In this document: piece by piece, positions 24,433 to 37,301 of the stretch | Position numbering within the stretch: the stretch's first letter is position 1 | Layout: each line of letters starts with the position of its first letter | Source: Phaeosaccion multiseriatum | Lineage: Eukaryota > Protista > Ochrophyta, other classes | Direction of reading: 5' to 3' | DNA length: 64,000 bases | Assembly: GCA_965112735.1 (NCBI GenBank) | Contig: OZ218954.1 | Location: 4,030,001 to 4,094,000, forward strand | Made by a program: the position numbers and the translations under genes | Notes under the pieces: generated by a model | Seen by the model: only the letters and a program-made list of their open reading frames with translations | What the model was told of the DNA's origin: nothing | Databases searched by the model: none

Positions 24433-26708
24433 TCAGATGAACTGCGCGAGCCACTTGAAGCCGTCTGCGTACCCCATTCGTTTAACGACAGAGCACATGT
24501 ACAGCTCAATGGGTCGCACGCCCGTGTCGTTGGGCTTTGCGTCCTTGCCGTATGTGTCTGGAGAGAGAGAGAGAAGAGAGAGAGAGAGATGGGGTGAGAA
24601 CGGGACCCATTGACTGGCCTGGCTGACTTGACTCGCTGACTGACTGGCTTATTGACTGGCTGACTGACAGTGTCGCCTCAGGAGCTGATTCAAGGTCACG
24701 GCAACAAGCCTCCCCTAACGTGTGGTACGACGGTGCGTGTCGTCATGCTGTATCATCCCCCTCCAGCCGCCCTCCCAACCCCACCCCCCAAGTCCACTCA
24801 CCAAACAGCCCCAGGGCATACCGCAGGTCCTCCTCGCTGACTGCCCTGTTCATGTCAATCTTGTTGCCCAGCACAAGGAAGGGAACGTTGTTGAGCGACT
24901 CATCCGTGAGGAGAGCGTCGAGCTCTCTTTTCGCCTCGGGGAAGCGCTCGGGGTCCCATGCATCTACAAGGAACACCACTCCATCCACTTAGGAGGGGGT
25001 AGCGCAATAGCGGGGGGTGGGGTGGGGTGGGGAGAGTGGGGAGTGAGTGAGTGAGGAGGGGGGTGTGCTTAGCGAGTGAGTGAGCAGAGTGAGGGAGAGG
25101 TTTGTTTCAGAGATAAGATTATGAAAAGATGTTGCTGAGGATACTAATGATGACGACGACGACGATGATGATGATGGTGGTGATGATGATGATGATGATG
25201 ATGGTAGGGGTTAAAGGTAAGGCGGCGGGTGAGGGGGGCAAAAGCGGACGAGGAAAGGATGAACACGAAAGGTACCCCTCTCGACGTTTCGTCTCTGCTA
25301 TACTCTCTGCTGCACTCTACGCGTGCATGCAGAAGGGACTCAGCAGCACAGAGGGCAAACATCGGAAACATTCTGTCTCCTTCACATTCTCTGCACGCTG
25401 GCGAATGGGACATATAACTCTCTGTCACCGTCCCACTCACCGTCTCATTCACTCACGCACTCACTCACTCACTCACTCAACCCTTCTCATTCTCTCTGAT
25501 TCATCCACTCCCCCCCTCTTTCCCTGCCTCACCTGTCGTAAAGTAATCTTTCCAGAGTTTCCGCGCCGTTTCATGCCCGCCCAGGTCGAACGTCTTGAAG
25601 CGAACCTGCCAGCAGGGCGGACCAGTTGGAGGCATACAGGTTTAGTCACATCACATCAGAAGAGTTGGCGGAACCACAGCAGAGTGGAACATACTGACTA
25701 CCCCTGCTATATCATCAACTGCCGACCCACTCACCTTGCCTACGATGAGTTCGTCTTGGTTGGGGTGCAGGGTGGGCTGATGCACCTGCACACGGTTCTC
25801 CTTTAGCATGTGCAGCAAAGTGGTCTTGCCGGCATTGTCCAGCCCCAAGAACAGGATCTTCCCGCTCTTGTAGTAGAAGCCTATTGCACATGCATGAATA
25901 GCAGAAAGAAGGAAGTAGAAGAGAAGGAGCAGGAGGAGGAGGAGGAGGCAGCAGAAGAGAGGGTGTCAGCAGCAGTAGCAGCAGTAGCTGCAGCAACAGT
26001 AGTAGCAGCAGCGGTGCCGGCACTATTCACTCTTCCGTTCGTCACAGAGCACACACACAGACTCGTCAAAGCTCTTCTCGTGAGGTTTCCCCGCCCCCTT
26101 TCCACACACGCACACACACACACACACTCCCTGCACGCCCCCACCCCCATCTCTCTCAGCGCTTTGCTCCTTTCCTCCTCTGCAAAGACCCCCCTTCTCT
26201 CTCTCGACTCTGCACTTTTAAGCCTGGCCATCCTACCGGGTGGCCAACACGGGCGGAAACGCCCCCCCCCGAATGAAAAGTGTTCTGTCCAATGCCATGA
26301 CCGATAGGGTGGGGGGCCCTTCTCTCCTCTGCCATCTTCGATAAGCAGCAACAATAGCGGATGCTCTGCCATGCCGATCGATCGCACTTGTTGCACACAC
26401 AGGTTCTACTACTAATTTGCCCTCCCGCCACGCGACTTTGGGCATCCACGGAAGGCTTCTCTCACTCCGACAGCACCAACAGCGGGACCGTAAGCTGCCC
26501 TGATAGTGATATAAAGCTCTTCGTACCATCCACCCCGCTGCTATGACTACTCCTGTTCCTGCTGCGTTGCTGGGCTTTGGGCTTTCCCGGGGCTTCCAGG
26601 TCATGCCTTCGAGGGAAGGAACACCGGGAGGAAGGATACGACAGTCAGTGGATTGCTTCACTCACCTAGCGACGCCAACACGTTGTAGAACCAATCTACG
26701 AAGAACAT
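24433..26708 (-). CDS. SAR1: Small COPII GTPase Sar1; 5 exons
   Basis: [15 protein letters not shown]|[33 protein letters not shown]|[20 protein letters not shown]|[20 protein letters not shown]|[27 protein letters not shown]. Exons 26708-26666, 25880-25735, 25605-25533, 24987-24802, 24557-24433. Confidence 0.96.
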
Positions 26709-27068
26709 GGCTGCTGTCCTCTTCCTGCTGCTGCTGTTGCTGCTGCTATAGTGCTTTTCTGGACACTAACGCGGTCCGCTATCGTTCCTCCCTCCCACAC
26801 AAAAATTCGCTGCTGTTTAAGAGTTCGCCTCCCTCAATCCCTCCCCCGCCGCTGCACCCCCTGCAGAAGTGTCAGACAAAGCGTCTCGTTGGTAAGCCCT
26901 TCCGCTGACAGCTCCTCTATAATAGCTGGTTTCCTTGTCAAATTTATTCTCACGTCGACGACCTAACCCCCAGCATTCCCCGGGGTGGATGTCTCATGCT
27001 GACTTACTTTTGTTTGACAAAGAAGGTGCTTACTAATGTGTCAGGTACATTTGGCTGACCTACATGTA

Positions 27069-27452
27069 TCAAGGCAGTAGCTCCCGGAGCATTCTCTTCT
27101 CCTCCTTGTCCTCTTCTCCTCCCTCAGCTACTGCTCTTCTCTCCGGCCCCCGTGTGTGCAGTGGCACCCCCCACCGAGACTTCCGCCCGCCCTCCCTACC
27201 CGAAGATGACACGGGTCCTGGCTGGTACCCCCCCCCCGAGCGTGCCCCAGCCTCTGAGGCCCCTGCTTGGAGCGGTCCTTTCTCACTCGAGGGCGACATA
27301 CCGAGGGCTCTTCGCACCAAGTCATGTCCTCCCCCTCCCCCACCTCCTTCTCCCCCCCCTCCTCCTGCTCCTGTTCCTACTCCTCCTCTTGCTGCTGCTC
27401 CTCCTCCTCCTCCTCCTCCTCCTCCTCCTCCTCCTCCTCCTCCTCCTCCTCT

Positions 27453-27486
<34 letters not shown>

Positions 27487-29018
27487 GCTGCTGCTGTTGA
27501 TGCTCGCTCATGGATGGCACCCCCCCCGGCATCATTCTTCCTCTCAACCCTTGGTCGCTTCTTGCCCCCTGTGGAAAGAGCGCCCTCCTCCCCACCCGGG
27601 GGGGGGGCTCTACGACTGCTATCACCACTACTACTACTGCTACTACTGCTACTACTACTACTGCTTCTACTGTCGCTACTCGCACTTCTCCTTCTTCTTC
27701 GCTTCCTGTCCGCCTTCCTCCTGCTGCTTGTCCTCCCTCGCCCCCGCCCCTCTTGCTCCTGTCTCTGCCCCTCCTCCTCCTCCTCTCTTCTCCGTTGCCT
27801 CCTCATCTTCATTTGTCCCAAGTACGCATCGACCTTCTTCTGATGCAGCTTTGGCGCGCAGTTCCCACAAACTCGTACTTTAACAAGCTCGCTCTTGACC
27901 TCTCCCTCCTCCTGGTACCTGCACACAGCCACAGAGAGGGGCACATCACACACACACACACACATACGCTTGGCGTGAGCACAGCACGGAATTGCGTCCA
28001 CTCGTACACTCACTCACTGAAGGAAGGAAGGAAGGAGGGCAGGAAGGAAGACAGGAAGGAAGAAGGAAGGAAGGAAGGAAGGAAGGAAGGAAGGAAGAGC
28101 ATAGTATTGCTGTCGTTGCGACCTAACTCTACGCCAACACCACGCCTGAGCCTGACAAGCCTAATCAGACAACACAGGCTACCTTAAGGTAGGCCTATGG
28201 TAGGCATATGATAGGCCTACGATAGGCTGGATTGGAGACTGAACCTTAATGACACTGCTCGGAAACAGCACCGCACCGCACCTGAAGTTGAGCTCGTAGC
28301 TATGCAGGTTGAGCCTCTCGGAGCAGGCCTTGTTCCCACACTCGTACTGGCCCTACAACGGCACCAAGCGGCATTCACCACACACGAAATGGGGCAAGCA
28401 TGGACAGTCAGCAGAGCAGAGCAGCCACAACAAGAGGAGGAGGAGCAAGAGGAGGAGGAGGAAGTAAGATCTGGGCCTCCTATCTATCAATCAAGACACT
28501 ATACATTCTGTGATCGGTCACTCCACTCCTAAATCCGCCTCTCAACACGCAGTCCCCCCCCCGCCCAAACGCACCTTCCCCGAGATAACCTCCTTCTCCG
28601 TCCTCCAGCGCAGCCCCACCTTCCCCTCTCTGTAGCGAGAGAGGTCTGCAAGGGCATACTCCTTGAACAGCCGGCTGTAGTACCTGAGGGCGAGGGGGAG
28701 GGTTGGGTGTGGCAGGGGTGGGAGGCTAAAGACATGGATGGTCGTGTCGTATTGGTGCTGACTCCTCTGTCTCATGTGCCTGTCTCGCTCTCTCGCTCTC
28801 TCTCCCTCCCTCTCTCAGACCTCCCTCTCTCTCTCTCTCTCTATCTATCTCTCTCTCCCTCCATCCTTCTTTGTGTATACACCTACTCACTCCTCACCTG
28901 TTGGCTAGTCTCCTCTCCCAGTCTCCCGAGGCGTGGTCCTGCTGCTCGTCCCGCACAAACTGAGAGAGAGAAAATGTGTGACAGGCAGGAGGGAGAGAGA
29001 GCGGGAGAGACAGAGATA

Positions 29019-29060
<42 letters not shown>

Positions 29061-29448
29061 CAGAAACGGGAGTGAGAGGCAAGAGAGGGAGACGGTGGTG
29101 TGTGTGAGAGAGGGTTAGAGAGGGATGAGGGGCAAGAGAGAGAGACAGAGGTGCGACAGGCAGGCGCGATATGAGACAGAGGCGCACGCACTAAGGGAGG
29201 TGATTACAATCTGTACAGAGAGTTACTCTGGGGCGAACCTGATGTCTCCGTCGGAGCACATCCAGGTCAGTCTCCGGTGGGGGGAGAGGAGCCTTTCCAG
29301 CCCTGAAGGGAGAGGAAGGGAGGTATCAAGAGAAGGAAAGGAGAGAGAGATGGGAGAAGAAAGGTGGTGCCCCCTCCTTCCCTCTTCCCTTGCCTCTCTC
29401 TCTCTCTTACCTTCGAAGGAGAGCGAGGTGTCTATCGAAGCTCGACAT
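27069..29448 (-). CDS. FRA10AC1: FRA10AC1 homolog (splicing-associated), multi-exon, low-complexity C-terminus
   Basis: ETDLDVLRRRHQ|FVRDE..WERRLA|YYSRLFKEYALADLSRYREGKVGLRWRTEKEVISGK|GQYECGNKAC..LHSYELNF|RYQEEGEVKSELVKVRVCGNCAPKL. The start codon is tentative. Confidence 0.88.
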
Positions 29449-29874
29449 CGTCCACTTCTTCCTCTTACCGGTGCTCAGGGCGTTCGATTAGGCTCGTGGA
29501 GCGCAGTTGAACGGTTTAGAGAGTGGAGAAAGAGGGGAGGGAGGAGGGAGCCCTTTATGGCCCATAAGACCCCAGATGATCCCCAGATTTCCCTCCACAG
29601 GAGGAGGGATCGAGGAGGAGGATGAAGCAGAAGGAGCTCGTTGGCTCTGGCTGCTGAGGAGGAAACACCTTTGCGTAAAGCAAGGCAGGAGAAGACTCTT
29701 TGCAGCCACGGAACCACCTCCCTCCTCCCAAAACGCAACAACTCTTTGTGACCTAACACCCCTTCGAGAGGAGAGGAAGCCGAGGGTTGAGGCCTGGGTT
29801 GAGGTGGGAGAGAGAGAAGTTCAAGAAGGCTTTTGCTGAGCTTCACGCGTCACCACTAGATTTTGCCAGTTCTG

Positions 29875-31397
29875 ATGAAGGCGACGATGACATTAGCATT
29901 ACTGCTGCTGTCTCACTCCCGGGTCGTAGCCAGAAGTCTCGTGGGTCCAGCAGCAGCAGCGGCAGCAGGGCGGGATGGGGGAGGAGAGGGCGTGGGTGGG
30001 CACAGGTCCATCAGCAGCAGCAGCAGTAGACGGCGCAGCAGCAGCGGTACGGGAACAACGAGTAGGTGTGGATGCTCTGCCTTTGTTGGGCCGCTGGGGA
30101 TGGGCGGCAAGGCGGCGGCTGGGACGGCAGGGCCTCGTCGAAGGGGCTCTGCTCGGGATAGTCGGCAGCACCAAGCACCGAGACGCCATGTAGAACGCGC
30201 CTGGTTCAGCAGTAGTAGAAGTAGCAGCAGTAGTAGTACTACTAGCAGTAGTGGTGGTGGTGGTGGTGGTATTGATCGCACCATCACCCGGAGGCAGAGG
30301 AGGAGAAACCTTCGGATGTCTACCTCTTCGTCCCTAGAAGGAGTAACAGCAGCAAGAGCCGCAAGGGCACCAGTAGCGGCAGCAGCAAGAGCACCAGCCA
30401 CTCTGGAGGACTCTGACAGAGAACAAGAGTGGTATGGTGAGGAGGAAGGCGACCAAGACGGAGAAGGCAAGGAAGAAGAGGTAGAAGAAGAGGAAGAGCT
30501 CCAACAGATCCTGGCGGAACAGGAGAAGGAGCAGGCACTACTCGACGCGGAGAAGCAGACAGCGGTGGAGAAGCGTATGAGCCGTCTGAACCGCAAGAGC
30601 CGCATGCGGCTGACCTCCACGGGGGGGCTCAAGGGTCTGCCTGTTGCTGCCCTGCCCGACGAGCTCCTGGCTCAGGCCCTGAGGAAGTCCAAGAAGGTAC
30701 AATGTGTTAGAGAGGGAAGGAGGGGGGAGAGGGAGAGAAAGAAGCGAGTGGTGGAGAGAGGGGGGGAAGAGTGGAGAGGAGGAGAGTGAGCGAGTGCGTG
30801 TATGTTGTATGTATGTGTGAATGTGTCTGTAGGCTCTCGCCTCCTTCCCACAAGCTCCCGCCCCCTCCCTCCCTCCTCCATCCGCCCCCCCCCCCCCCCA
30901 CTGCAGATTCGCCAGGACCCAGAGATGAGGAATGCGCGTGCCCGCTCCAAGAAGTGGGTGGCGCAGAGGATGGACGCTATGGCAACGGGGGTCAGTCAGC
31001 CCCTCAAGCACATTGTCAAGCAGTACGAGAAGCAGGTCGGTAGGGAGGGAGGGAGGGATGGGAGGGATGGGAGGGATGGGAGGATACAACGCAGGAGGGC
31101 TAAATCGATACCGAAGACTTGTCAGTGGTCACCAAGCTCGTTGCTCATCCATGCACCCCCCAGTCCCTCACTCAACCCCCCCCCCCCCTACGTACCACCA
31201 ACTGTGTCACCGTACAACCAACTGCCGTATCACCAACTGGTGCACATAGCTGCCCATCCTGCACCCCTTCGAGGCCACTCTGGCGGACCTCACTGTTCGC
31301 TCTCGCGAGAAGGTCGGGGCAAAGTCTCTGGGGCAGGTGCTCAATGACGTCAATGAGCTCAGGAAGGAGGCACTCGTCATCGGCAAGGGCAAGGCGC

Positions 31398-31436
<39 letters not shown>

Positions 31437-31485
31437 GGAGACCTTCATTGACAAGCGAAAGGTGCTCGTGAGTGTGTTGAGTGTG

Positions 31486-31523
<38 letters not shown>

Positions 31524-33348
31524 TGTATATGTGTGTTACCAATCTCCTCAACTGACTAACCGACCCCCCCCCCCCCCCCAGCTGGCAAAGCAGGCCCTGA
31601 AGAAGACGGAGGCCCTCGGTGTCATGGACGAGGGCTTCGCAGAGATGGAGGAGCTCTTCAGGGACAGTGGGTATGTCATTAACGATCTCATTGAGGTAAG
31701 CAAGTACGGGATCGGAAGACGGGCTCCTCTGCCTCTGTGTGCGTCTTAATGTCTGTCCGTCCTCCCACCCCCGTTCTCCTCTTCACTCTTCCTCCGGCTC
31801 TTCTCCTCCCCTCTATCTCCTCCCCCCTCTCCCCTCTTAACCCCATCCACTGCCACCCCCTTGCCCCCTTGACAGGTGCAGAAGGCCTTACGCGGCATCC
31901 CTATCGTGAAGCTTGACGTGCCCACCGTTGTGCTCGTGGGGGCGCCTAACGTGGGCAAGAGCACCATCGTTAGGGCCATCTCCTCAGGTAGGCACGTTGG
32001 TGATACAGTAGGAGGAAGCAACAAGTATTGCTCAGAAGATGAGTTCGAGGGGATGGTTCATGATCAGAGTAGCTGCAGAGAGAAGGATAGGGGTCGGAAG
32101 GGGAAGTTTGGATTTCGTTGCAATGGAAGGGCGGGAGACCAACCACCAACGAAGTCACCAGTCAGGCTCCACTCAGCTCACTCAGCCCACTAACCTCACT
32201 CACCTCACACCACCCCCCCCCTATGCTGTACGCCCGCCACACCCCCCACCCTCCCGCTGGGACGGATGAATCGAAACGCAACTCCCATATCTCTCTCCCA
32301 CCTCCCTCTTGCTGGTCTGCAGGCACTCCGGAGGTGAACAATTACCCCTTCACCACCCGCGGAATGTCCCTCGGACACATCGTGCACCCCGAGACAGGTG
32401 GGCGATGGCAGTGGATGGGACGCCCGAAGACAGGGATGGCAGTGGATGGAGGCACCAGAAGGGGGGGGTTGGCAGTGGATGAGGGAGGGTCCGACGGATC
32501 CTATTCGCTACTGGCCAGGCCTCCCCGACCACACTCGGTCACTCACGCACTCACTCTTCCTCACTCAAGTGACTTCCTCACCCCTTCACTTCACTCACTC
32601 TTTACTCACTCACTCATCGACTCAGGCTTGCGCTATCAGTGTATGGACACCCCCGGGGTGCTGCGCCGCCCCGACGCCGAGCGCAATGAGATGGAGGCCC
32701 TGACGCTCGCCTCCATGCAGCACCTCCCCACCGCAGTCATGTTCGTGCTCGACCTCACTGGCAGCAGCGGGGAGCAGGTGAGTTAGGTCCACGTACTTCC
32801 TCACGCACTCAAGCATGCATGAACACACGAACGAACGAGCGAGCGAGCGAACGCACGCACACACACACACACTGCCTCACTTACTCACTCACGCACACAC
32901 TGCCTCACTTACTCACTCACGCACACACTGCCTCACTTACTCACTCACGCACACACTGCCTCACTTACTCACTCACGTACACACTGCCTCACTTACTCAC
33001 TCACGCACACACTGCCTCACTTACTCACTCACGCACACATGCCCTCACTCACTCACTACCCATTTACCCCATCCCCACCCCACCCATATGCCCCTCTACC
33101 CCTACCCCCAGAGCTCTCTCCAGAAGCAGCTGGAGGTGCGTAACGAGCTCCGCAGCCGCTTCCCCCGGCGGCCCTGGGTGGACGTGGTGAGCAAGGCCGA
33201 CCTCCCCTTTGCGGCGGAGGCGGACGACATTCTTGCTCAGATGCCGGAGGGCTACGTCAGAGTGTCGGTGGAGGAGGGGACGGGCGTGGAGGAGCTGTCG
33301 GAGAGGGTGCTGGACATGCTTGATGTGTTGAAGGCGATCATCTTTGGC

Positions 33349-33400
<52 letters not shown>

Positions 33401-33471
33401 CGGGTTCCAGTGGTGGCGGTGGTGGTGGGGGTGGTGATAGTGATAGCAGCGCCAGCCACAGGCAGCAGTAG
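29875..33471 (+). CDS. NOG1-family (Obg-like) GTP-binding protein, probably the organelle/plastid-targeted type; multi-exon
   Basis: LHPFEATLADL; G1 GAPNVGKS; G2 NYPFTT; G3 DTPG; EMEALTLASMQHL; G4 SKAD; hydrophobic N-terminus MKATMTLALLLLS. Confidence 0.88.
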
Positions 33472-33693
33472 AAAGGGGCAAGAGAGGACATCGAGTGTGC
33501 CTGCCCAGCTGTCCATAGGCTTGCCTACTTCGGCACCTACGAAAACAGAAAGGGGAAAGGGATGGTGCTGCGGGGTGATGAGTTGGGAAAGTGGGGGCGT
33601 TCCACCTCCACGCAGAATCACAGATGCGCTTTCTTTCAAAACAAAACAAAACAACAAAACAAACAAAAACAAAAATCTTTTCTTGGGGTGGGA

Positions 33694-35715
33694 ATGGTGA
33701 GTACTGAGGAAGCGCTTCAGCGGATTCACGAGTGGCGTGATGGGAGCAGCAGCAATGAGATTGGGGGAAACAAGGGCGTTGGTGTGGACGAGCTTTCTTT
33801 TTTGCTGGCAGCCGTGCTCTCAACGATCGACTTTGACTCGCTGAAGAGGAAAGGCCGCACGCCTGTCCACGCTCTTGCTGAGATGGACAACGTCGCCATG
33901 GAGGAGAATGAAGTGCAGATGCGGGGAAGCGTGAAGCTTCTGAAGGAGTGTGGACTGGACATTGGTGCGAGTCAAGGAGGAGAAGATGATGAGGGTGAAG
34001 GATATGGACGAACTCCGCTGGTCCTGGCTGCACGAAAGGGCCGCTTCGCTTTGGTTCAGGCGCTTGTGGAGGAGGGTGCAGATGTGAACAAACGTGATCG
34101 GTCTGGCTGTGTTCCCTTGGCTGCCGCTGCGAGCTACTTGAGCGAAAGTCACCCCAAGATCGTGTCGTATCTCTTGAAGCATGAGGCCAGGTTGGAGGAC
34201 ACCGAAGCCCTGCACTGGGCCATGTCATCCTTTTGTCTCGAGTCCGTGCGGGTGCTACTCAGGGCCGGGGCCGAGGTGAACGAGCTGAATGAAGATGGCC
34301 ACGCAAGAACACCAGCCCAGATCTGCTGTGAGGGGCAGGGCAAGGGCGCCGAGAGATTGGAGGCCCTGTCCTTGCTGCTAGAGGCAGGAGCTAATTTGAA
34401 CGTGAAGGATGAGGATGGGGGATGTCTTTTGCACTTGTGTGCTGAGGGAGGTCACATTGAACTCATCGACGAGATCGTCCGTCGAGGGCTGGAGGTGGAC
34501 ACGAAGAACTCTGATCAGGACACTCCTCTGCACGTCGCTGCCTACAGGGGCAAGTCCACCTGTGTGAAGGCGCTCATCCGCCTCGGTGCCTCCCTCGACG
34601 CTGTTGATTCCGAGAACGACACGCCGCTCCACTTGGCTCTGAAATACGGGAGAATGGACGCTGCTGCCGAGCTAATAGACGCAGGAGCAAACGTGAACGC
34701 CAAGCGAGACAGCAACACTACACCCCTTCACATAGCAGCGGCACGGGGCAGCATGAGGCTTGTGTACCTCCTGTTGGAGGCCGGAGCTGAGGTCGATGCT
34801 CTCACTGACGGTGGGAAAAGCCCCTTGATGGTGTGCATGTCTCCTGCAGAGGAGGACATAAGAAACTTTGATGTATGTGGGTCCTTGCGAGGGAGGAAGA
34901 AGGTGGCGGCACTCCTGCTGGAGATGGGTGCTGCCGTCAGCAAGTCAGTCATGGCCTTGGTTGGAGAGAGCGATTGTGGGAACGTCATTGAAGCGTTCGT
35001 CAGTACCGCGAGAGACGCACAAACTGCTTCTGATCGCGTTTGCAACACCATAGCTGGGCACATCTCTTCCGGCTCTGCCTACTCTGAGGCCGCCAAGGAG
35101 GGCCGTGTGGTGAGAGTGCGCTTGGTAGACAGGACAACGGGAAAGAGGAAGGACACGCAGTACACACTGAGCATACCCCTGATGGAGCTGCTGATGAACA
35201 AGACTGCGGGAGAGAGAGGGAGCTCTGACGGCCCGGACAGGCATGACACGGCTGCAGGCAGTCTCCCCACCATGCTGGACCCAGATGGGCGTGGCTTCAT
35301 GGGCATCAAGGGCAAGGACAAGGACGAGGTGGAGGTGACGTTTGACGGAGTGGACTTTACCGAGGAGGGCTTTGCAGCTGTGGTGCAGTTCGTCACGACG
35401 GGTAGCGTCAAGAGCCTTCTTACCCGAGGGCGCCATGGGCAGCTGAGCAGTAGCAGCAGCTCCGAGACGGTCAGCGGCGGTGAGGGAAGAGGAGGTGGGA
35501 GTAGTAGTGAGGCATCAGGAAAGAGCAAGAGGGAGCGCGTGAAGCTGTTTGACGATGTGAGAGCGGAGCAGGCTCTGCAGGCAGCGAACTTCTTCTGTGT
35601 GGAGGCCATGTCGAGGGAGGTGAAGGCGCTCATGGCTCTGTACGGCTTCGAGCTGGCCAAGGAGGCGGCGGACGATGCACCGCGGCCCAGGAAGCGAAGC
35701 AGGGAGAACCCGTAG
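33694..35715 (+). CDS. Intronless ankyrin-BTB/POZ protein (dispersed copy 3)
   Basis: Paralog of 2776-4827 (MVSTEEALQRIHEWRDGSSSNEIGGNKG...); same BTB-like C-terminus; ends PRPRKRSRENP. Confidence 0.88.
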   Translation: MVSTEEALQRIHEWRDGSSSNEIGGNKGVGVDELSFLLAAVLSTIDFDSLKRKGRTPVHALAEMDNVAMEENEVQMRGSVKLLKECGLDIGASQGGEDDEGEGYGRTPLVLAARKGRFALVQALVEEGADVNKRDRSGCVPLAAAASYLSESHPKIVSYLLKHEARLEDTEALHWAMSSFCLESVRVLLRAGAEVNELNEDGHARTPAQICCEGQGKGAERLEALSLLLEAGANLNVKDEDGGCLLHLCAEGGHIELIDEIVRRGLEVDTKNSDQDTPLHVAAYRGKSTCVKALIRLGASLDAVDSENDTPLHLALKYGRMDAAAELIDAGANVNAKRDSNTTPLHIAAARGSMRLVYLLLEAGAEVDALTDGGKSPLMVCMSPAEEDIRNFDVCGSLRGRKKVAALLLEMGAAVSKSVMALVGESDCGNVIEAFVSTARDAQTASDRVCNTIAGHISSGSAYSEAAKEGRVVRVRLVDRTTGKRKDTQYTLSIPLMELLMNKTAGERGSSDGPDRHDTAAGSLPTMLDPDGRGFMGIKGKDKDEVEVTFDGVDFTEEGFAAVVQFVTTGSVKSLLTRGRHGQLSSSSSSETVSGGEGRGGGSSSEASGKSKRERVKLFDDVRAEQALQAANFFCVEAMSREVKALMALYGFELAKEAADDAPRPRKRSRENP

Positions 35716-35948
35716 TTGTCCCACCAATTTTTCTACTTACGATAAGAGTAATACCTGGGTGGGCGGACACACCCGTTTAGCGGACAGCGCCTACCCCTCC
35801 CCCCCTCCCCCCCTTTTTTCTTCTTCTTCTTTAGCCACTACTGGTGCCGCACTTGCCTCCCTGTCTTAGCCCTGCCTCTTACGAACACATTGACACCTTT
35901 AGAAGTCGGAAGTAAGTTAATTATTTGATAGTATTACGTACGCGACCC

Positions 35949-36287
35949 TCAATTTTCAATTTTCACCTCTTCTCCCCTCCTCTTCCCCTCCCTCCTGGGG
36001 CGCTTCAGCGCTCTGCCCGCTCGAGATTTGGCACCCGAGACTAGTGCCACGTCGTCGTTCTCCTCTTGCCCTCTATCTCCTTCGTCTGATTGTTTGGCCT
36101 CTCCTTCGTCCACCGGTACGCCTGTTCCCTCCTCCTCATGCATCGCCTCCAGCGCCGACCGACTGTCTTCGCCTCCCTCTTTGCTCATGACGCTCTCGGC
36201 CCATCGTCCACTCGCAGCCATCATCTTGTCCGGCCATTGCAATGGGGGCAACGCTGTAGCCGGAACAGCAGCGGCAGCAGAGGCCAT
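35949..36287 (-). CDS. Hypothetical 112-aa acidic protein with a basic C-terminal NLS-like motif
   Basis: ATG-initiated ORF with coding-like composition; no recognisable domain. Confidence 0.3.
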   Translation of the reverse strand: MASAAAAVPATALPPLQWPDKMMAASGRWAESVMSKEGGEDSRSALEAMHEEEGTGVPVDEGEAKQSDEGDRGQEENDDVALVSGAKSRAGRALKRPRREGKRRGEEVKIEN

Positions 36288-36392
36288 GCGCAGGCGGTGC
36301 AGGAGAGGATGAAATTTGGGGAAATATTACTTTTAGTACCTTACGTAAGTACGTCACGTAAGGGAATTGGGTGTCTGTCCGCTGGGGAAATG

Positions 36393-36830
36393 TCGGCCCC
36401 GTGCACGCCTAGCGGCCTAGGCCTATTTGGGAAAATTGCCCGGCCTAGCGAGGGCCGTAGGCCCTCGGCCTATTTTTATGCCGCCGCCTAGGCGGCCTAA
36501 GCGGGGCGGAGGCCCGCGCGGCCTAGGGTAGACGCCAGCCAACCATTTCATTGCATGGGATTGGAGGTGAGGAGTAGACTTGGTTCGTGTTGTCTCTTCC
36601 GCCTCGCTGGCCCTACGAGGAGTGCAGACCTACAGGTGTGCTGCTACCCACTGGCTGGGCGGCACCACGCACGCGCCCACGGTCACTGGGAGGCTGCCTA
36701 GAGGCGGGCTATATAGGCCGCCTAGGACTGAAAAGTGAGCGGCCTAGAGCGGACGGAGGCCGCCGGCCTAGGCCTAAATCGGCCGAAGGCCGAGCGGCTT
36801 AGCAAAACCGCTAGGCATGCATGGGGCCGA
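36393..36830. mobile_element. MITE-like element with 23-bp imperfect TIRs and many internal GGCCTAG motifs
   Basis: tcggccccgtgcacgcctagcgg (36393-36415) versus ccgctaggcatgcatggggccga (36808-36830), 21/23 complementary. No clear TSD. Confidence 0.65.
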
Positions 36831-37301
36831 GAAGGAGCGGTGCGTGCAAAAGTAAAGTTCGAGCAAATTGAAACTAACGAAACTGTGTATTGAGGGTTGT
36901 GGGAAGGAGCGTTCGCTCGTATTAAATAATCAAATCAGAGGTAGGAGTTGCCTTTGTTGTCCCTCTCGTCTCCAAGTGCGGGTACCTGTGGTAGAAGAGG
37001 AGGAGAGGATGTTCAAAGAGCGGAAGCAACGAGGTGCATTCCACGAGCAAAAGATGAGACTGCAGCCGCGGAACAGCAGCACGACCCCCGAAGTAAGAGA
37101 AATATGTCGCAGCTAGCCCATGGGTGCCAGCCATGATTGTTGATGGAGAGAACGTGATACGTCCGTCCACCTTTGACTTTCCCCCCGGCTCCATCTTTGT
37201 TGTGGTCCTCTCGACCTTCTCCTGCTGTACTACTTGTCCCCCCCCGCTACACCATGACGCCATTATGATGCTCGATCTCCTTTCCTCCTCTTCACTACCA
37301 G

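Noticed and set aside
29875-30100. SAFVGP as an ASAFAP plastid motif in the NOG1-like leader
   Set aside because: It lies about 50 residues after the hydrophobic segment rather than at the cleavage site, so targeting is left as probable only.
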